Below the pieces are notes generated by a model. That model did not search any database. It was not told where the DNA came from and saw only the letters and a list, made by a program, of their open reading frames with translations. From Trichoplax sp. H2 (lineage: Eukaryota), in assembly GCA_003344405.1 (NCBI GenBank), contig NOWV01000152.1, positions 62,001 to 126,000 of the forward strand: DNA of 64,000 nt, in the 5' to 3' direction. Shown in pieces: positions 1 through 16,100 of this stretch (the stretch's first letter is position 1; each line of letters opens with the position of its first letter). A program made the translations under genes and the position numbers.

Positions 1-3000
1 TGGGTTAAAAGCTACTGACAGTGAAGTTGTATCAAATTGATCTTTTTCTTAATTTGAAAATCGGAAATGATATGATTTGTTAATACGATTGTACATTAAA
101 AAAGTAGCTAGCAAATCTATTCATGTTCCTATTCAAAATCGTGCTATCCACTGGTAAAGATAAAATTGAACTCAATTTATGATCATAAAATGATGACTTT
201 ATCACTATCACAACATAAAATGTTTAGTTTGATCCTTCTCCAACTAAGCCTATCTCATTGCAAGATATTTCAATTACATTATCTATAAACTATAGCAAGA
301 TCATCATGGACACAATTCATCTTAGCTTAAAAATTATCACAATACGATTCTCTTTTAGGTTCAAATTGAAAGCAAACATTTAGTCAATAATCCTAATCGA
401 TTGAAAGTTCAAATGTCGATGACATCCTTATTTTTATTTTATCATGCTAAGGGAACATTAAAACTCTTAATATTTCTTTCAATAATATGACATTGCTATA
501 TTCATTTTCAATAGTAATGAATTACATGTTCTTAGCTTTGATACGAGATTTGTGTACATACACTATGGATACAACATAAACAATTAGATTTCCTAAAATG
601 CGATACATAAAATTCTCACTTCTTCTATAGTAGTTTGAATAGAAATAGGGTACAATAAAGAAAAGGAATAAAAAATCTTACCAGCTATCAATGACAGATT
701 ATATTCACTGATTACGTCCAAACTACGTGTAATTGATGCTATTTTTAAAAATACAAACACAATCACGATCACATCATTGCCATCTCTATTTTATTAATTG
801 TGCATAGTAAGAATTGAACAACATAATTGATTGCTTGAACTATTTTTAGTTATAAATGTAGAGGTAATTAAATTAAATTATTCATTTTAACATTTGTTCC
901 ATATGGTGTTATGCCAATTGTTTGTCATACTATTACTAAACATGATTAGTATAGGATATACGCCAGATCTTCTACCTACATGGAAGGTACTAAGGCATCA
1001 TTGCGTGATAGAAGAGAGTTTATGAAACGACTAGTGCCAATAAGATAGACATGTCAATGCTTTCAGATATTCAACGATCTCGTAAATTGCGGTAGATCAT
1101 CATTGTAGGAGATGGTATACTTATCTAAAATAAGGGCTATGTTTAGATGATTTTAAGTTGCATTGAACAGCTATTATTTCAGCCTTTTATTACACCATAC
1201 AAGTTAATGGTTATATATTTACTAGAAGGATCTAATATTTTCTCTTTCATTCCGTAGCATAATCCAGCTGTCGATACGATGAGTGATCAAAATTAAACTA
1301 GATTAAGTTGAAATACATATTCGACTACTCAGATATCAAAAATGACGAATACAGGCTATTTTATAACAAACTAACGTTAATTCAGTGACTATCATTTGAC
1401 TGCCATAAAATACAGATGGTATACGAGCACCAGTAAAAGAAAAATAGTCATTTTAGATATCACATTATGAGTACATATTCACTACGAAAATAGCTCTGTA
1501 TTATATTGTTATTCATCTTCCTTGTTGCCATTTATTTTCATGGCAAATTAAAAATTAGAAAATGGATTATCCGAATATCTTCTTTAGTAATCCTATCGAT
1601 GTTAAAAATTGAGCATAGTGTTTCTCTCACAATGATTGTCTAGCTAACCTAAGCGATAACTGAATTATTATAGTAGTAGAGTTAATAGCAATCAACTTAT
1701 TACGTATATCCGTCCTGTTCCGAATAATCATCATTTCATTATTTACCGGCCCATAGATTTAGCTAAATTAAATAATAATTATAATACGGGCAACTACAGA
1801 ATTGTAGATGTTAAGATTGATGCTAATCTAGCTTACTAGTAAAGTAAACGCTGTTTCAAGTTAGTCTTTAAAGATAATGACATGATATAACCTTCTTCAC
1901 TGCTATTGATAAGTACGCTTTAGTTTCTGATAATTTATAGCTAGCCAATCACAATCTTAGAATCAAGAATGTAGCAACGAATAAATAGCAGTGGAAGCTA
2001 GTGAGGTATATTATGGTAAATATACTCATATCAAAGTTTCGTTTCTAATTAATAGCAATTTAGTTAGGCCTTTTATTTTATGGAAACGAAATAGTAATTT
2101 ATTCACGTAAAGACGACTATTTATTGCTAACATCACTATCAATTTTTAACAATACTCCTTGATATTGATGGAATCTTGAGGTTACAATAATCGCGATAAT
2201 GTTTCATGACTGGATTATCTTTCTATAAACCCGCTGTTATGGTGGATGACTTTAAAGTCTTTATAGTGTTTCTGACGCATTACAGTCATAGTTTATTTAT
2301 ATCCAAAAGCTCTACATTACTGTGTTTTATGCACTTAAGACGATAGAAAAATGCTAATACTCACATTCTGATCTAAATTATCAACACAAGGCTTAAACAG
2401 ATTTTAACTACGAATGATTAAGGCTTGAAGTCAACTTAAATTTGAGTATGATCAAAGTTTTTACATCATATAGGGAAAAAAGATAATTTAAAGCTTATAC
2501 CTCAGACTGTGTTTATGTGCAGCGTGTATGTGCTCATAATTAATTTTACAAGTGAATAATGCAAGCTCTACTAGCATTTACTAGTATTCTGTAAAAAACT
2601 TGCGTCGATGAATGCGATCATTTGTTAATCAACAATATTTTTACTCCTGTATAACTGGTATTAGCATAAATTGTAAATATATTCGTATGTATATCAGTAC
2701 CGAACTACCTTCTACACGGATATAGATTAGTAGTATTTATCATCGCCAACAGCTGCTAAAATTTTTTCAAATTCGTTTTAGACTTCACTATTTAGTTATG
2801 TTTTATTATGAGACAGCATCATTCTTCATTCATAGAAGGTATTATTAGTACTATAATTCAGAGTGGGAAAGTGGCATGTGCTATCCTGAGATTAATTGTA
2901 GTTATCGATTTTGGGACAAAATGCAGCTGTAAGTATTAGCATCGGATTGAGTTTTAACCATTTTTATCAGCAATGTTAGTGAAATGAACAGTCTAATCTT

Positions 3001-3304
3001 GTTACTTAGCTATTTGATACTGTCTCTATTTTGATTTAAACTCGTTGATTCCATTGGATATTAGCAAAAATGAGATCCAGTTAATCCATAAAATGGATTC
3101 AAGATATCAAGTATTAGATTTAGTTTAAATTAATAATTGACGTAATAGATCAACTCAATTATGGAAAAAAATACAAAGTAAATAAAAACATGTGCATCTG
3201 TTACACATGATACATATCCATTTACGTATAAGGTGTTGAGCATAATTGAGAAAAGAAAATAACTCAAGATTTATTGTTACATAACTACCGATGTATACTT
3301 ACAT

Positions 3305-3840
3305 TGGAAAGATCATATTACGATAATAATGACGACTTTGGTGCCATTACGACATTGTAAAATTTTTAAAGCATTATGATGTATTCAACAATATAGGCGT
3401 AATTTGGAAAGACTGTCTATGCACTAGAACAACTTTAAATGTATATCCCCAAATTAAACCAATATATGAGTAACTTTTTAAAAATGTTAACATAGTTGAT
3501 AGATATAAACTAAATAGTTGGAAAGACTGCTACCATAACAGTAGTAAACTTATATGGATGAAATTGAACGCACATACGTATTACTGCTTAATACGATGTG
3601 AATAATCTAAAGCTGGTAGATTGGATGCTTTAAAAGATCATATTATGATGATGATGATGACGGTGGTAAGGACGCTGAAATTTGAAATACATCTGTATTC
3701 GATAGCATAATTTTGAAAAATACAGACACATATAATTATAGCTAAAGCAATACTCGTAGACATATTGTAAATACTGCGATATTTAATAAATACATGTAAG
3801 CTGGAAAGTCTGCAGGATCAGCATAATAATGATGAGGTGA
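3305..3840. repeat. Degenerate tandem repeats sharing TGGAAAGA and GATCATATTA motifs
   Basis: tggaaag recurs near 3305, 3405, 3519 and 3802. 'aaagatcatatta...gatgacg...tgtattc...ataatt' occurs near both 3308 and 3633. Confidence 0.5.
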
Positions 3841-6800
3841 TATTAAGAGTTTTCTAGTACGTAGCACATATGAGGTAGTTTAATTTTAAAGATTCTACAA
3901 TGAATTATGCAAGTGCAAGAATAGAGCTAAATTTATACCATAAAATCCGGCTAATACATTGTTGTTCAAAATGATGTTTAATATATTATTGAATATTACA
4001 AAAAGCAAAGGTAGTAGTCTTTCCTGTGATAGTTTGCTATAATTATACCTTTTCAGTCTTTGACAATATAGCTTACCTGTATATCAGGTAACTATATGAC
4101 TTTATTAATAGAAATATTGTCTGAAATAGTTAAGTATGGTCGGAAACGGATGTTCCACTGTTATGGACAATATAATATCCAATTTATCTCTATTTACTGC
4201 CTCAACAACGGTTCCTGAAGCCAGGAGACATTTCCTCAAAGCGACTGCTACACACATTGATAATTGTTCTTCAGTATTCAAAATAAAATATACTGTACAA
4301 TAATTCAAAGCAATCTATTTTTATATTTTTCCTATTTCTTCTAATGTATTCGTTGAATACGTTTATGAAGCTATGTGGTACAATTATCATACATTACTAA
4401 AAATCTCTCCTGGGTCAGTTTTGTTCCATATAATGATTAATTACTTTGTATATAAAAATACAAAAAAAGATAGAATAGCAGAATGCCTACTAAATGTTAG
4501 TAGCAAACTAAAAATAATCGTCGTTGCACCTAGTTTGATTTCAGCGACGATAGCTCTAGATAATTCTGAAATTAATCTACTTTGGCCCAACCTTCATCGA
4601 GCTATGGCGCCTGTCTATTTAATTTATTGTAATCTATTGGGATTATTTATTCATATTTTCTGCCATCATTGTCCTTTAACCTCCATCTTATTACCATGGA
4701 ATGCCGTCTATTAGTGCTTTAAGTGCATGCTAGCATAATTATTTGAGCAAAAGCTCATTCTTGAAGTAATCTTTCCAGCTATAGGAACTCTACATAGTAG
4801 ACACAAAATAAGCTCTGAAAATAAGGTGGCAAGCATACATGTCAATTTTTTAAGAGGGGAGGGAAACAGCATAGAAAATACCTTCTCTACATATTATTAT
4901 TTTGTTCACTTCAGGTAGTACTTATCTTCAATCGTGAACTAGTCCTTTAAAAGTCTATCTGGTTTGTCTAGAGAAAATTCTATTACTACTATAGCATGCC
5001 AGTATATCATAACGGCTATCACGTCTTGGTTATTTTAAGAAATCAATCAAAATCTTTAGGCTATAAAAATGGACTAAATGGCATTTTTAGATAGGACAGT
5101 AAATAATATTTCTACATATAGTGACGCTATCGTCAGTAAGATTCTCTTCGTACGGTATTATTTATCGAATCGTAATCTAGCTTTTGAATTTTTCAAGTTC
5201 ATGTCAGATGAGGATTAAAGCTTATGCTTACTAATATATCATTTAAATAGTAGTATTCCGATTGGTGGTGCAGTTCAACAGCATCGGTTCAAACTATTCC
5301 CCCGATGTAAATTGAAAATATTAATGCGTTAGTAAGTATTATTAATTCTACCATATAATATCCTTGATACGTGACATCAATTGCTTCGTTCTTTTAATAC
5401 AAAAAGGGACAATTTTATTAAAATTTAATATATTGACATGATCACCTTTCCCAGCAATTAAGCAAATCAGCGATGATGGTTAGAAGGTGGAAATGGGTCT
5501 ACATTCAATTTTTTTAATGGTCACCGATAGTATAGTATAATGCTTAAATAGGGTGTCTTTGTTAATAATGTAATAGCTACTGAGTAGATGAATAATATAA
5601 AAGAATAATTGCTAGTTAGCTATAGTTAAACGATTAAAAGGAAATATCCTAAAAATGAATAATAAGAGTTTTACACATTAAATTAAAGATCAGGATGTGC
5701 GTAACTTTACTTTTATCAAGGTTTAAATAACTACCGGTGCCCGATTTGATGTTTGTATCTGTATTTCCTAAAAGCCAGAAGGGAGGGAGGAAAGTAGATA
5801 GTGATCACAGGGTATTTTTAATCAATATTATTGATTGAACTCCAAATGGATAAAATTGACGACATTGTATAAAATAGATTAATATTATGCTTCTGTTTTG
5901 TGACAACGTATTATGAGTCCGTTGGTAGTAATTTCATTCTATCCAATCTGCTGTCAGACAGAAAGAATGCAATAGACTCTCCTCCCATTCCAAATTAATT
6001 TTACTTTATGCTGTAGGTAATTCTTGTTTGCATAACAATCACTATGGAAATAGTAATCATATTAGAAAAGTTTTTGTATGATTATCATGCTAATTTGTGG
6101 CATCAGCTGCTGTTTTATTCCAGGGGAAGTAACAAAAAGTACATTAGAATCTCAAAGTAGATGAAAGTTTTATTTCGCAGAACTGAAAGACTGAAAATGA
6201 AAATAGAGGATGGAAAAACTTCATCTTGAGATTTTTGATTTTATGAATTTCATCATTAATATTGACTATATCTTGAGCCAATTTAACTGATACTTAATAG
6301 AGAAAGAGAGTTAGAATAGCAGCTTAATATTTGTATTCAATCTTGTGTAATATAAGATTAAATCGAACAATAATATGAAAATGAAGTTATTTCTCCTTTG
6401 AATTTTATTCGTTGTTTGTGCATTAGTATTATTGAATTGAAATTTTCCATCTGGACTTCAACAAAGTTAGGGAAAAGGAATGAATCTCCGCACCAGACAA
6501 AATATCCTATGAATTGAAAGTATACTCTTTATTCGTAAAATGATCATCAATTACAAAAGTATAATAACGATTGTAAAGTCTAATATTGACTGGAGTAGAG
6601 TAACTGTATCCATCAGCTTTTCTTTCACAGGGATTGGTGCATGTAAGAATTGCCTATGAATATCTATGTGCATAAGTGAATCTCTTACAACTATAAATTT
6701 ATTCTCCATTATAATTATTAACCATATATGAGAAAGGATGTCAAAGAATAAATGAAGCTAGCGAGCAAAAATGGAAATAGAGATTAGAAAGAGATCGTTT

Positions 6801-9471
6801 ATTTTCTGTTGCTATATTATCAATTTTATTACATCATCAAAATGGAAATATTTCCTTACAACATTGAATATGGTATAGCAACTGACAAATAATTAATATG
6901 AAACATTTGTATATATTGCCAAGGTAAATACAATTAGCATTACGGATATCTAGTGTTAGAACTTATCGTGATGCTAGTTGACGTATTAGGAAAGACTAAT
7001 ATAAATAATTTAATATCAACTATCTAGATTATAAAGAAAAGTCAGGAGAGGGAAAGAGATAGATAATAAAACCATGATTTTAACTTGTATTAATCTCCTT
7101 TTTTCTTAAATTAAATATAACCTGTAGTAGGATAATGAAGGGGAACTCCATAATATAATTATAATCCTACCATCAGGACTCTATACGTCAAATAAATGAA
7201 ATATTAATAGACAGCAAAGTCAAGTGGATCATCGTTTACCTTGAAAATTAAATCAAGTCTTTGACAGTAGTCATGATTGACGTAGTTTTTATAATTAAAT
7301 GTAGTTTACTATTCTCAATTTTGATCTAGCTGGCTAGAACAATTAACCACATCATTCTACTGCCAATTTCTAGTCCTATCGACATCATGCCATTAAATCT
7401 GAGCAACTATTAACGTCATCACAACCGAAAATGGTGTACGAATAATAAAATGAATCATCGAAATATCTATCTGACTAATACTTATAACTGATTGAATTTG
7501 ATGGCAGAATTTGTACAAATAAACAACAACAAAATAGATCTTGATCATCACCTGCACTCTAATGTCATCCAGTTTTTGACTATAATCATTCAACTGAACG
7601 AACTAATTAACTATCCTAGATAATAAGTTAACACTAAGACAGAAAATTGCATAGACTGACTATTATTTTTTTGAACTCCTTTATCATAGTTAAAGTCTAT
7701 AATCCTAAAAATAAAATAATTTCAACACTCCATCCTTTCTGATGGATTTATATTTCGTGATGGAAAGAATAGTAACCAATTGAGAAGTCAAAAAAGGAAG
7801 TCATTATTTATTATAGCATCGATCCTTCTACTGTAGCCATGTAAAATATTTCGTAGCCGACCCATTTATTGCATATATTGTGTGCAAAAGGATTAATGAA
7901 ATAGATCACCAGATTTTTATTTTTATACAAAAATAAAGAACAGAACAGCCTAGAAGAAAGCTTAGCATAACAAATAATTAATCTGGCCATGTATGTAGTC
8001 TTTGCTTTATTGAGCTATTTATTGGTTAATAGCAATAGACAAACCACCAGAAAAGACAGTAACTGTATTAGACAATATCGACGAACGGATAATTAACTGG
8101 GCTGCATGTATTATTTGCTTAAAATTTTGATCAACTATTATCACTTGGTGTTGATCTAGAAAATAATTTGACTATAGCTTTGATAATCAGACACATATTT
8201 TCGACCTGGAATTTGAAAACTATGTATTGTTATTTCTCCAGTATCCTATGAATAGAAATTCAATTTGAATAGCTATCAACAGTTAATGTAGAATAGATTG
8301 GTGGTATCAATGTGCGGGGTTATGGAGAAAGAATAAGATCAGTATGAGGAATTTGATTTTATATGCAGCAAAATGAAAGTAAAATAGCTTTTTACTAGGA
8401 ATAATGAATTAAATCGGTGAAAAAAAAAGCGATAAAATGGAAAAATAATTAAGGCAGCTTTATAAATAGTATTGAAAATGAAAATTATGCTTTTTCTATG
8501 CCGATTGAAATTGGCTGTAGATAGAGTTGAGCTCGATTTGAAACCGTTGTTCAAGGGAAAAAGTCTTAAAGTTCTCTCTAATTCATCGTAGCATTGTGTT
8601 CTCCCTATTCTAACCACATAAATTCTATCAACTAACAGAAGCTTATCAATAAGAATAATTTTATGTTGCTAACGACGATGGTGGATAACGCTTGCAAATG
8701 ATAGTTGTCTCCTCCATTTCAAACTGATCGATGATATGGCCAACAGCACTTACTGAAGATAGTTCATTTTAATAGTTGCTATTTTTAATGTTATTATTAA
8801 TGGCAGCAACTGCGAGGAGTTTGATCAAGATTGATTAATTATTTTGAACAATCATTAAAGCCGTAACCAGTAGCACATTGAATCATCATTTATTTCACAT
8901 CCAAAAAGAAAAAAATAATAAATAGCAGAAAAATATAATACAAGCAAGACAACATGAAGAAAGGAAAACGTTAGTTATTTTATTTTAATAATCTACAGGG
9001 CCCATTTGATGACTTATTTTTTTCTCTCTCCTTCCTTAATTGTATTTGTCTTGTGTTGAAGATGATTTTTAAATGGATTGCCTTTTTTATTCTTTTCATT
9101 CTACTCTTGCCAAGTGATTTTTTGTTGTTCAATATGATAACAATCAAGATGGAATTTTTACGTAGGGATTGCCACCTTGTGCCCATGTGACGCAAATCTA
9201 TCATGACAGTCGATTAGAGAAATTGTTGACAATGTATTAATGTTTAATTATATTAGTCAAGTTTTATTTCCACCTTGTACTCTAATAATACCCAAGTACA
9301 CCTCAGCTATTCTTCAATAACCTTGAAACAATTTGATTGACTGTAGAAAACTATCAAGCATGACAAGAATAGTGATAGAGAGCCTGTTCAAATCTCGTAC
9401 CCTTCTACACTATTCATTCACAAAAATTCTATATGACTGCTTTTGTTCAACAACAATATTACTATCCAATC

Positions 9472-9510
9472 TATATATATATATTATATATATATATTAT
9501 ATATATATAT
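9472..9510. repeat. Imperfect (AT)n microsatellite
   Basis: tatatatatatattatatatatatattatatatatatat. Confidence 0.9.
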
Positions 9511-10122
9511 AACTAGTAGACATGACGATACGTATCCGTCAATTTTTTTTTAGTCTTGGTATTCAACTGTTCTATCGCTCCATCCACTTAGCCTAGATGC
9601 ACGCATATACTGTACGCGTATATATAGGCGTGTATTCTTCATTATAACCCAATTGAATCTTGATGATCATTTGAACGTAGAAGTAATACAGGATAGACTT
9701 TGCTAGAGTTCAATTTTTTTGTTGTCCTCATCTATTTCATTAATCATCGCGGACCAATCGGATATTCATCAAAGCCCAATACATTGCATTAGATTAGTCT
9801 ATAAGTACAGTAATCTACGCAGATCTAGTACAAAAATAGAGTATATCTAGACTGATTTTTAAAGTAATACTATTGCCGGATTACAGGTAAATACTGGCCT
9901 ATTAGTTTTCTTTGATGAGTTTATAATTAATGATACTTGAGATTGCAATAGAAAAGTCATCATTATTTTATTCTCTGCCTCAGTTCCAGCTGATATTTCA
10001 ACAACTGTCGTTATCATTAAGATATCTACTGTATATCTTGCAGTTATGCTTGTATTAAATTGATCATTCCGTCTACTTCTTGCCCCTGACTTAAATCTGC
10101 AGTTTTTTTTCTCTCTTTTTAG

Positions 10123-13100
10123 TCTCCATTGGTATTGCAGTGACTATTGCAGTCTTATCAGGCATAGTAGTGGTTTTGGTCTTTTATTTAATCATTCGCA
10201 TCATGTTTCGACTTCTTCACAAAAAACAAGAGCAATTTTACGATCCGGTGGCGGCTTGCATTGAGCCAAATGAGGTCAAATCTGTTTCACCAAATAATTT
10301 TCATAGTTGCCCAGTGCAACCATCCATAGCAAGTTCTTTGGATAATTTACCGACACCGCCATTAACCAAAGTTTCTCGACCTCAACCTGCTAATATTATG
10401 GGCTACGATCGATCACGTCGAAGAGGTAGTAGTGAAAGTAGCGCAAGCCATGACTCATTTGGATACAAACAGTTGAGTTATCCTAACTCTCCCAGTTTGT
10501 CGGTACATAGTGGTCAAATTATCATGCCGTTATCACCAAATACTGCTAAAAAAGAAAATTATGGCAAGCTAATGCCTGAATTATATCAGTAAGTCATTCT
10601 TTTAATACAATACGTATGTACATTTCCAATACATTTTTTTGTTTCTTTCTAATTTTAATAGAAATCGTAACACATAAACAGTAGTTTGATGAGCTAATAG
10701 TTGCGATATCGAGTTGAATTCAACGTTTTTGTTTGTTACGATAGTTTTTAAACGTTCAAAGATTAAAAATGACATAGCAGGGAAGAAATAGAGAACGTTT
10801 CGATCGAAAATACTAGTGATTTTATGTAACTACAATGGATGACAGATGGGTTAATAGCTTACATTTCTATGTAAAAACAAGAATTGATGATAGGAAAATA
10901 GAATATAAGCAACAGAATACTGACTGTTGTAGGCTGGAGGATAAAAATTGTTAAAATCAACAATATACCTTCCTAGTATTTAACATGGAAATTAAAGAAA
11001 ACTTTTAGGCAATATGCTGAATTATCATTTTTCTTGCTTTAGGATAAAATAGAACATAGATTATGAGTTGAATCGGTATAAACAACTTAAATCGATATCT
11101 TCACGTCATCCTTTGCTATGCAAATAGAAATGATATCTCAATTTTTCTGTACAATAACTTCATAGTTGGATTGATAGTTGGATCGAATTATAGAGTGTAA
11201 TTTATCATACACTTTATAAATTAAATACGGTCCATCAGAAGCAAAATGAAATCACTGGAGCTAGTATATGTATTTATCGATTTATCAATCAATTTGTCAC
11301 CAAAATTATACTCAATTCTACATGTATATTAAAATAATCACATCGCTACAACTGATATTTAAACAGTAGCTGCTAATAAGTGATGAAAAATTTACGTTAT
11401 ACGATAGTATAGAAGCAAATTGTAAGTAAACTTCATGGAATTACATTACTGTACTCTATTATAGATTGCTTTAGCAAATAATTCTTGAAGTTGAAAACTT
11501 TGAACATAAAAACAACGACTACCCTTTCAGGAAGTTACCCAACTCATCGTTTCCTTTATTTTTAGTGAGTTGCGTTACTGAATAAAGGATTTATTGCCAT
11601 ATTCTTTATTTTTTATGACTGTATTAACTACATCGAAATTTGAATAAGGTCTCAATAGTAACTACTATCCCTACAAATAGTGACTAAAGTCATCATTTAT
11701 CCGATGACCGGAGAATTAGGGCAACTTGGTAATGGGTTTATGTCCATGCTTTACATTTTATAACTGTATTAAAGTTTTTTGTACGGTATTATTATTAAAG
11801 CCTCAATTCCATTCTGATAACAATAAGACAAAATACTTCAAATTTTATATAACAGTCTAAACTGAATATCTTGTAATTTTCGTTTTACTTTCTTTAACCG
11901 AACACGAATTTGGTAAAAAATCGATCATTTTAAATCTAGACGGATCGATTTCTTTCAATTTCATCAAGCTAAAGCGGAGAGCTAATTACAATTATTTTAC
12001 TTTACAGCTAAGATAGAACGTTAAAATTTTTATCAAATCTATCGGCCATCAATGAATAGTCAAACTACACCATATCTAATATATTAATGATACAACAACC
12101 AATCAAATGACAGTATATTATATTATAATAGATATAATATCTATTGTATTTCAATTTCTATATCAACCTTTTCTCCCTAAATGAGTTGCTGAATGTAGAG
12201 GCATAACCTTAAATTATTTAGTCTCAATATTGAAATCTTTCAAAATCTTTTGATCGACAATATAATTAAGGTTAAGTAAATTAGATGAGATTATTCAACG
12301 TTAGCATTAATCAATCAATAAAAAAAAAATCTGTACGTTTGTTGACTACTTTTCAAATCTACACTTTCCATGTAGACTTTAATTAGCGTATTATTCTTAT
12401 TTGATGTTTAATATTTGTTGGATGTGATCCCTTAAGGCTGCGCTCCGAATTTTTTTTATTAATTTGTTCACATTCAAATCAGCAAATTGTATCATAGCAA
12501 TAACAACAACACAACAATAGATGAAATTATTATTTAGCTTGTCGACAATACTCTATACTGTCTATCTGTGGTTGACGAAGACAGTATTTACAAAAAACGA
12601 AATACATATTAAGGAGCGACATTACCATTAGTTTTGACAATATTATCAATACATTAGAGCGATTTTAGACTGAAAAATCAGTTGTAATAGTGGTAGCAAT
12701 TTCTATAGTATGGGCAAACTTATTGTTTAAAGGATTAATTAAATTGTTCAAAATTCTTGACTTATTCCTTCCATGATGATCGGGATTACTTATTAAAGTT
12801 GATAGCTTTCAAGATAAAAGTATAGATATTGAAATAGATTTTATTGCCACAACCCTAGTAATAAACTCCTATCAATAAGCCTTGTGAATTAACAATAAAA
12901 GGTTGTTTACATTCTCCTTAACCAGTTTCTCCTTTTTTCAATAATTTCAAAAAATGCGCTGGATGTCTATGGAAAAGGTTGTAATTAGCTTCCAATTTAT
13001 TTCCGGAATATCATAGATGTCACTCTTGCCATGTCAATTAAAATAAAATAATATTTTATATATCATCCACTTGCTAAGGGTTGGGTAGGCTGAATATAAG

Positions 13101-16100
13101 ACATCAATATTTTGTTGTTGTTATTCATGCAGATGAAATATTGATTGAAATCACAATATATAGTATAGGATAAAACAAAAACTCATGTTCAATACCTAAT
13201 ATCTTACTATAAAGAGCAAAAAATTAACATATATCTCGATAAACATCAAAGCAGTAGATAGAAGTTGAATATTACTACTAAATAATTGCATCATAAATGT
13301 AAATTATACCTTAGAAATTAGAAATTAGCCCTTGTTATTGGCTGATATGGGAGGCAACATTAATAGAATGCTCAAAATATTACTGATATAGAATTAGGAC
13401 CACATTTAGTCATACCGATGATAATAGATGAGAATAATATCGATTAAAGGAAAACAATATTTAGAACCATCTAATAATTACTCACTGTACAACTGAATGA
13501 TAATACGAAAAACAATAGACAGTACCATTTTTAAGCAAGCAATATTAAAATGGATAATTTTAGACACATCGTAATTCTGACACCATCTTCGGACTAGCCA
13601 ATAATTTTAATATCGTAAATTGCTACTTTGTTTCGAGGTATGATTAAAATCTACAGTATATAATGATCAATAATTAAATTACTCATCATTTGTCTTTCAA
13701 TAGCGATATCTTCATTTTAGAAGTTAGATGATTTAAAGTAAACAAATTTTCTCATCAATTTGATGCCGACCTTACCTTATAATTACAAAATTATTCACCT
13801 ATTGCACCAATACTTGATATTAGTTTTGATTTGGTTCATATTTTTAGTTACGGTTGCGATTAACTAACATGAAACTCTGAATAGGCGTACTCTACAAGTG
13901 GACATTAACGATAATACCTTAATAAAATAAAATTTCAACAAGAATACTCCGTTGTAATCATATTGAGCAAATTCCTTATAATGTACAATACTAATGATTA
14001 TGGAAACAAATCCACGGGGTCTTCAATTATTTGAAGTTTATCGTTCTCCAAGTTAAGCATACTACAAGTCATGAATAGCAAATTTTTTAAATTTTGAATG
14101 CTAATATAATATTGGCTATTAGCTCATTTTCAATTATAGCAGACACACCCTAGGGATAAACTACATAAACATGCCTTAGAGATTAGTATACAGTACAATA
14201 AAATTATAATTGAGAGGTAGGCAACTGCTCGCAGGTATTGTGTTTCTAGCTTGAAATTAACTAGATGTTATGCAGCTTAATGAATTATTATAGGAAATTG
14301 TCTGAAGAATTTTTATTACTGCATATGGTCTTCTTTTTATAATAAGTTTTTGTAAAATGAAGGACATAAATAATTTTAGAGAGAAAGGATCAGATACAAT
14401 AACCCACATAACTAAGTACGATATGTCTATTTTATATCTACTTGCTGATTATAGGAATAATGATGCCGATAATGAAGATATTGAATTTCCTCCAGGTAAT
14501 ATCGGTAGAATATGGTTCTCATGGGAATATCAACCTTCAGATGAGCGATTAACAGTAGATTCTATCAAAATTCGCAATTTGCAAAATCGTCCTGGTGGAG
14601 GTGTCAGAAATCCACTAGTTAAAGTGTGTGCATTGCCATTTGAGCGGCAAACTAATCAAACTGTAGTCAAAAAGAAGTCCAATAATCCGCGATACGATGA
14701 ATCATTTCATTTTCAGGTGCCCATAAATGATATCTTCATTAATCTAGGCTAATTAGCTACGCTAGTCATGCTTATAGTTTTTATCAATTAAAAAAATTAA
14801 TGAATACTCTACATAATCTTGAGCTAAAGGGCTAAAAATTTATTATATACCGCTTATTTCTCCGACTTCGATTCTATCACTTATCATATACAATTCTTTA
14901 CTTTAGATTTCTCAGACTGAATTTCAACGTAGTAGGCTTCGTTTGTCTATATTTGATAACGAAGGAAGGCGCCAATACCCAATCGGCCATATTACTTGTC
15001 CGTTATTAGATTTAGATACATCAAGTAAGAAAACCGTCTGGAAAGATATCGAAAAAGGACTTGAGGTACCTATTTATTGGAAGTTCTTATTACTGCATCT
15101 GATTTATGTGTAAACTTAGCTTGCAATATTAACAGTTGCTGTATAATACAGAATAAAATTTTCGACATTTCTTGTAGCATCAAAACAACTCTAATCATTA
15201 TATTTATTTGGATTTGATTTCTTAAAATAGACATCGTACCAATTAGGAGCTATCACTTTTGCTTTGCAATTTATACCGCCTGATCGAGTGACTGTTACCA
15301 TACTGAGTGCTAAGGACTTACCAGCTCATGAAAAGTTATCTCATCAATGTAAGATTGAAATCATTGAAAGCTAAAATTACTCGTAGGGTTCAAGATAGTA
15401 CTAATAAACCATTAGACATGTAACTACTGTAGTGTTCAATAAATGTTGCTAACGAGTTTCCAAAATGACCAAAATCGTATCAAGCTCACTAAACTATCAG
15501 AAATGATCACTTGTCAAGATATTGATCATCTATCTGTTAAGCAACAGCTGCGATGTAGAATTGCTGTACACGTATTGCACATTAATGCGCATAATGTTCT
15601 TAGTTTCGATTTCTACTAGTGGCTCTTAGTTTATATTATTCGTTATTGTGATTTTATTTTCTAAATGTCCTTCCTTCATGCATGCTTTGATAAGGGAAAA
15701 ATTTAAAGAATCTCTAAACATCAATTATAATTATTAGTTGGCAATTTTATTTCTATCGTGAATATGGCTTAGCAAATCGAATTAATGATGGTATATGTAC
15801 GAATGCTCGTATCTATAGGTTTCTTGGTTAAAGCTACCTTAAGATATAATCAGAAGCCAATTAAAACTAAGAAAACGAACATTGTTAAGAAAACTGTAGA
15901 TCCTACCTTTGACGAATCGTTCCAATTTAAAGTATCAAAAGAGCATATTGAATCTACTGCAAATATTGTCATTGAAGTTCTATGCCGCTCTTCACATTCG
16001 TTCAAAGCTGATCGTAATGTTGGTCAAGTAATAATCGGTGGTAAAGATGTTGTTCGCGGACAAGCTTTGGATCATTGGCAAGAAATTATCAGTTCCCCTC

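Noticed and set aside
4105-9204. Short ORFs in the first 10 kb (4105, 4373, 7393, 8339, 8980)
   Set aside because: Compositions are rich in I/L/F/K/N as expected from AT-rich non-coding DNA, with no domain motifs or consistent splice structure.
9851-9892. Upstream coding exon of the synaptotagmin ending at ttacag|gtaaat (9886)
   Set aside because: The required phase-1 frame has a TAA six codons upstream and no ATG, so it could at most be a UTR exon. The true start exon remains unidentified.
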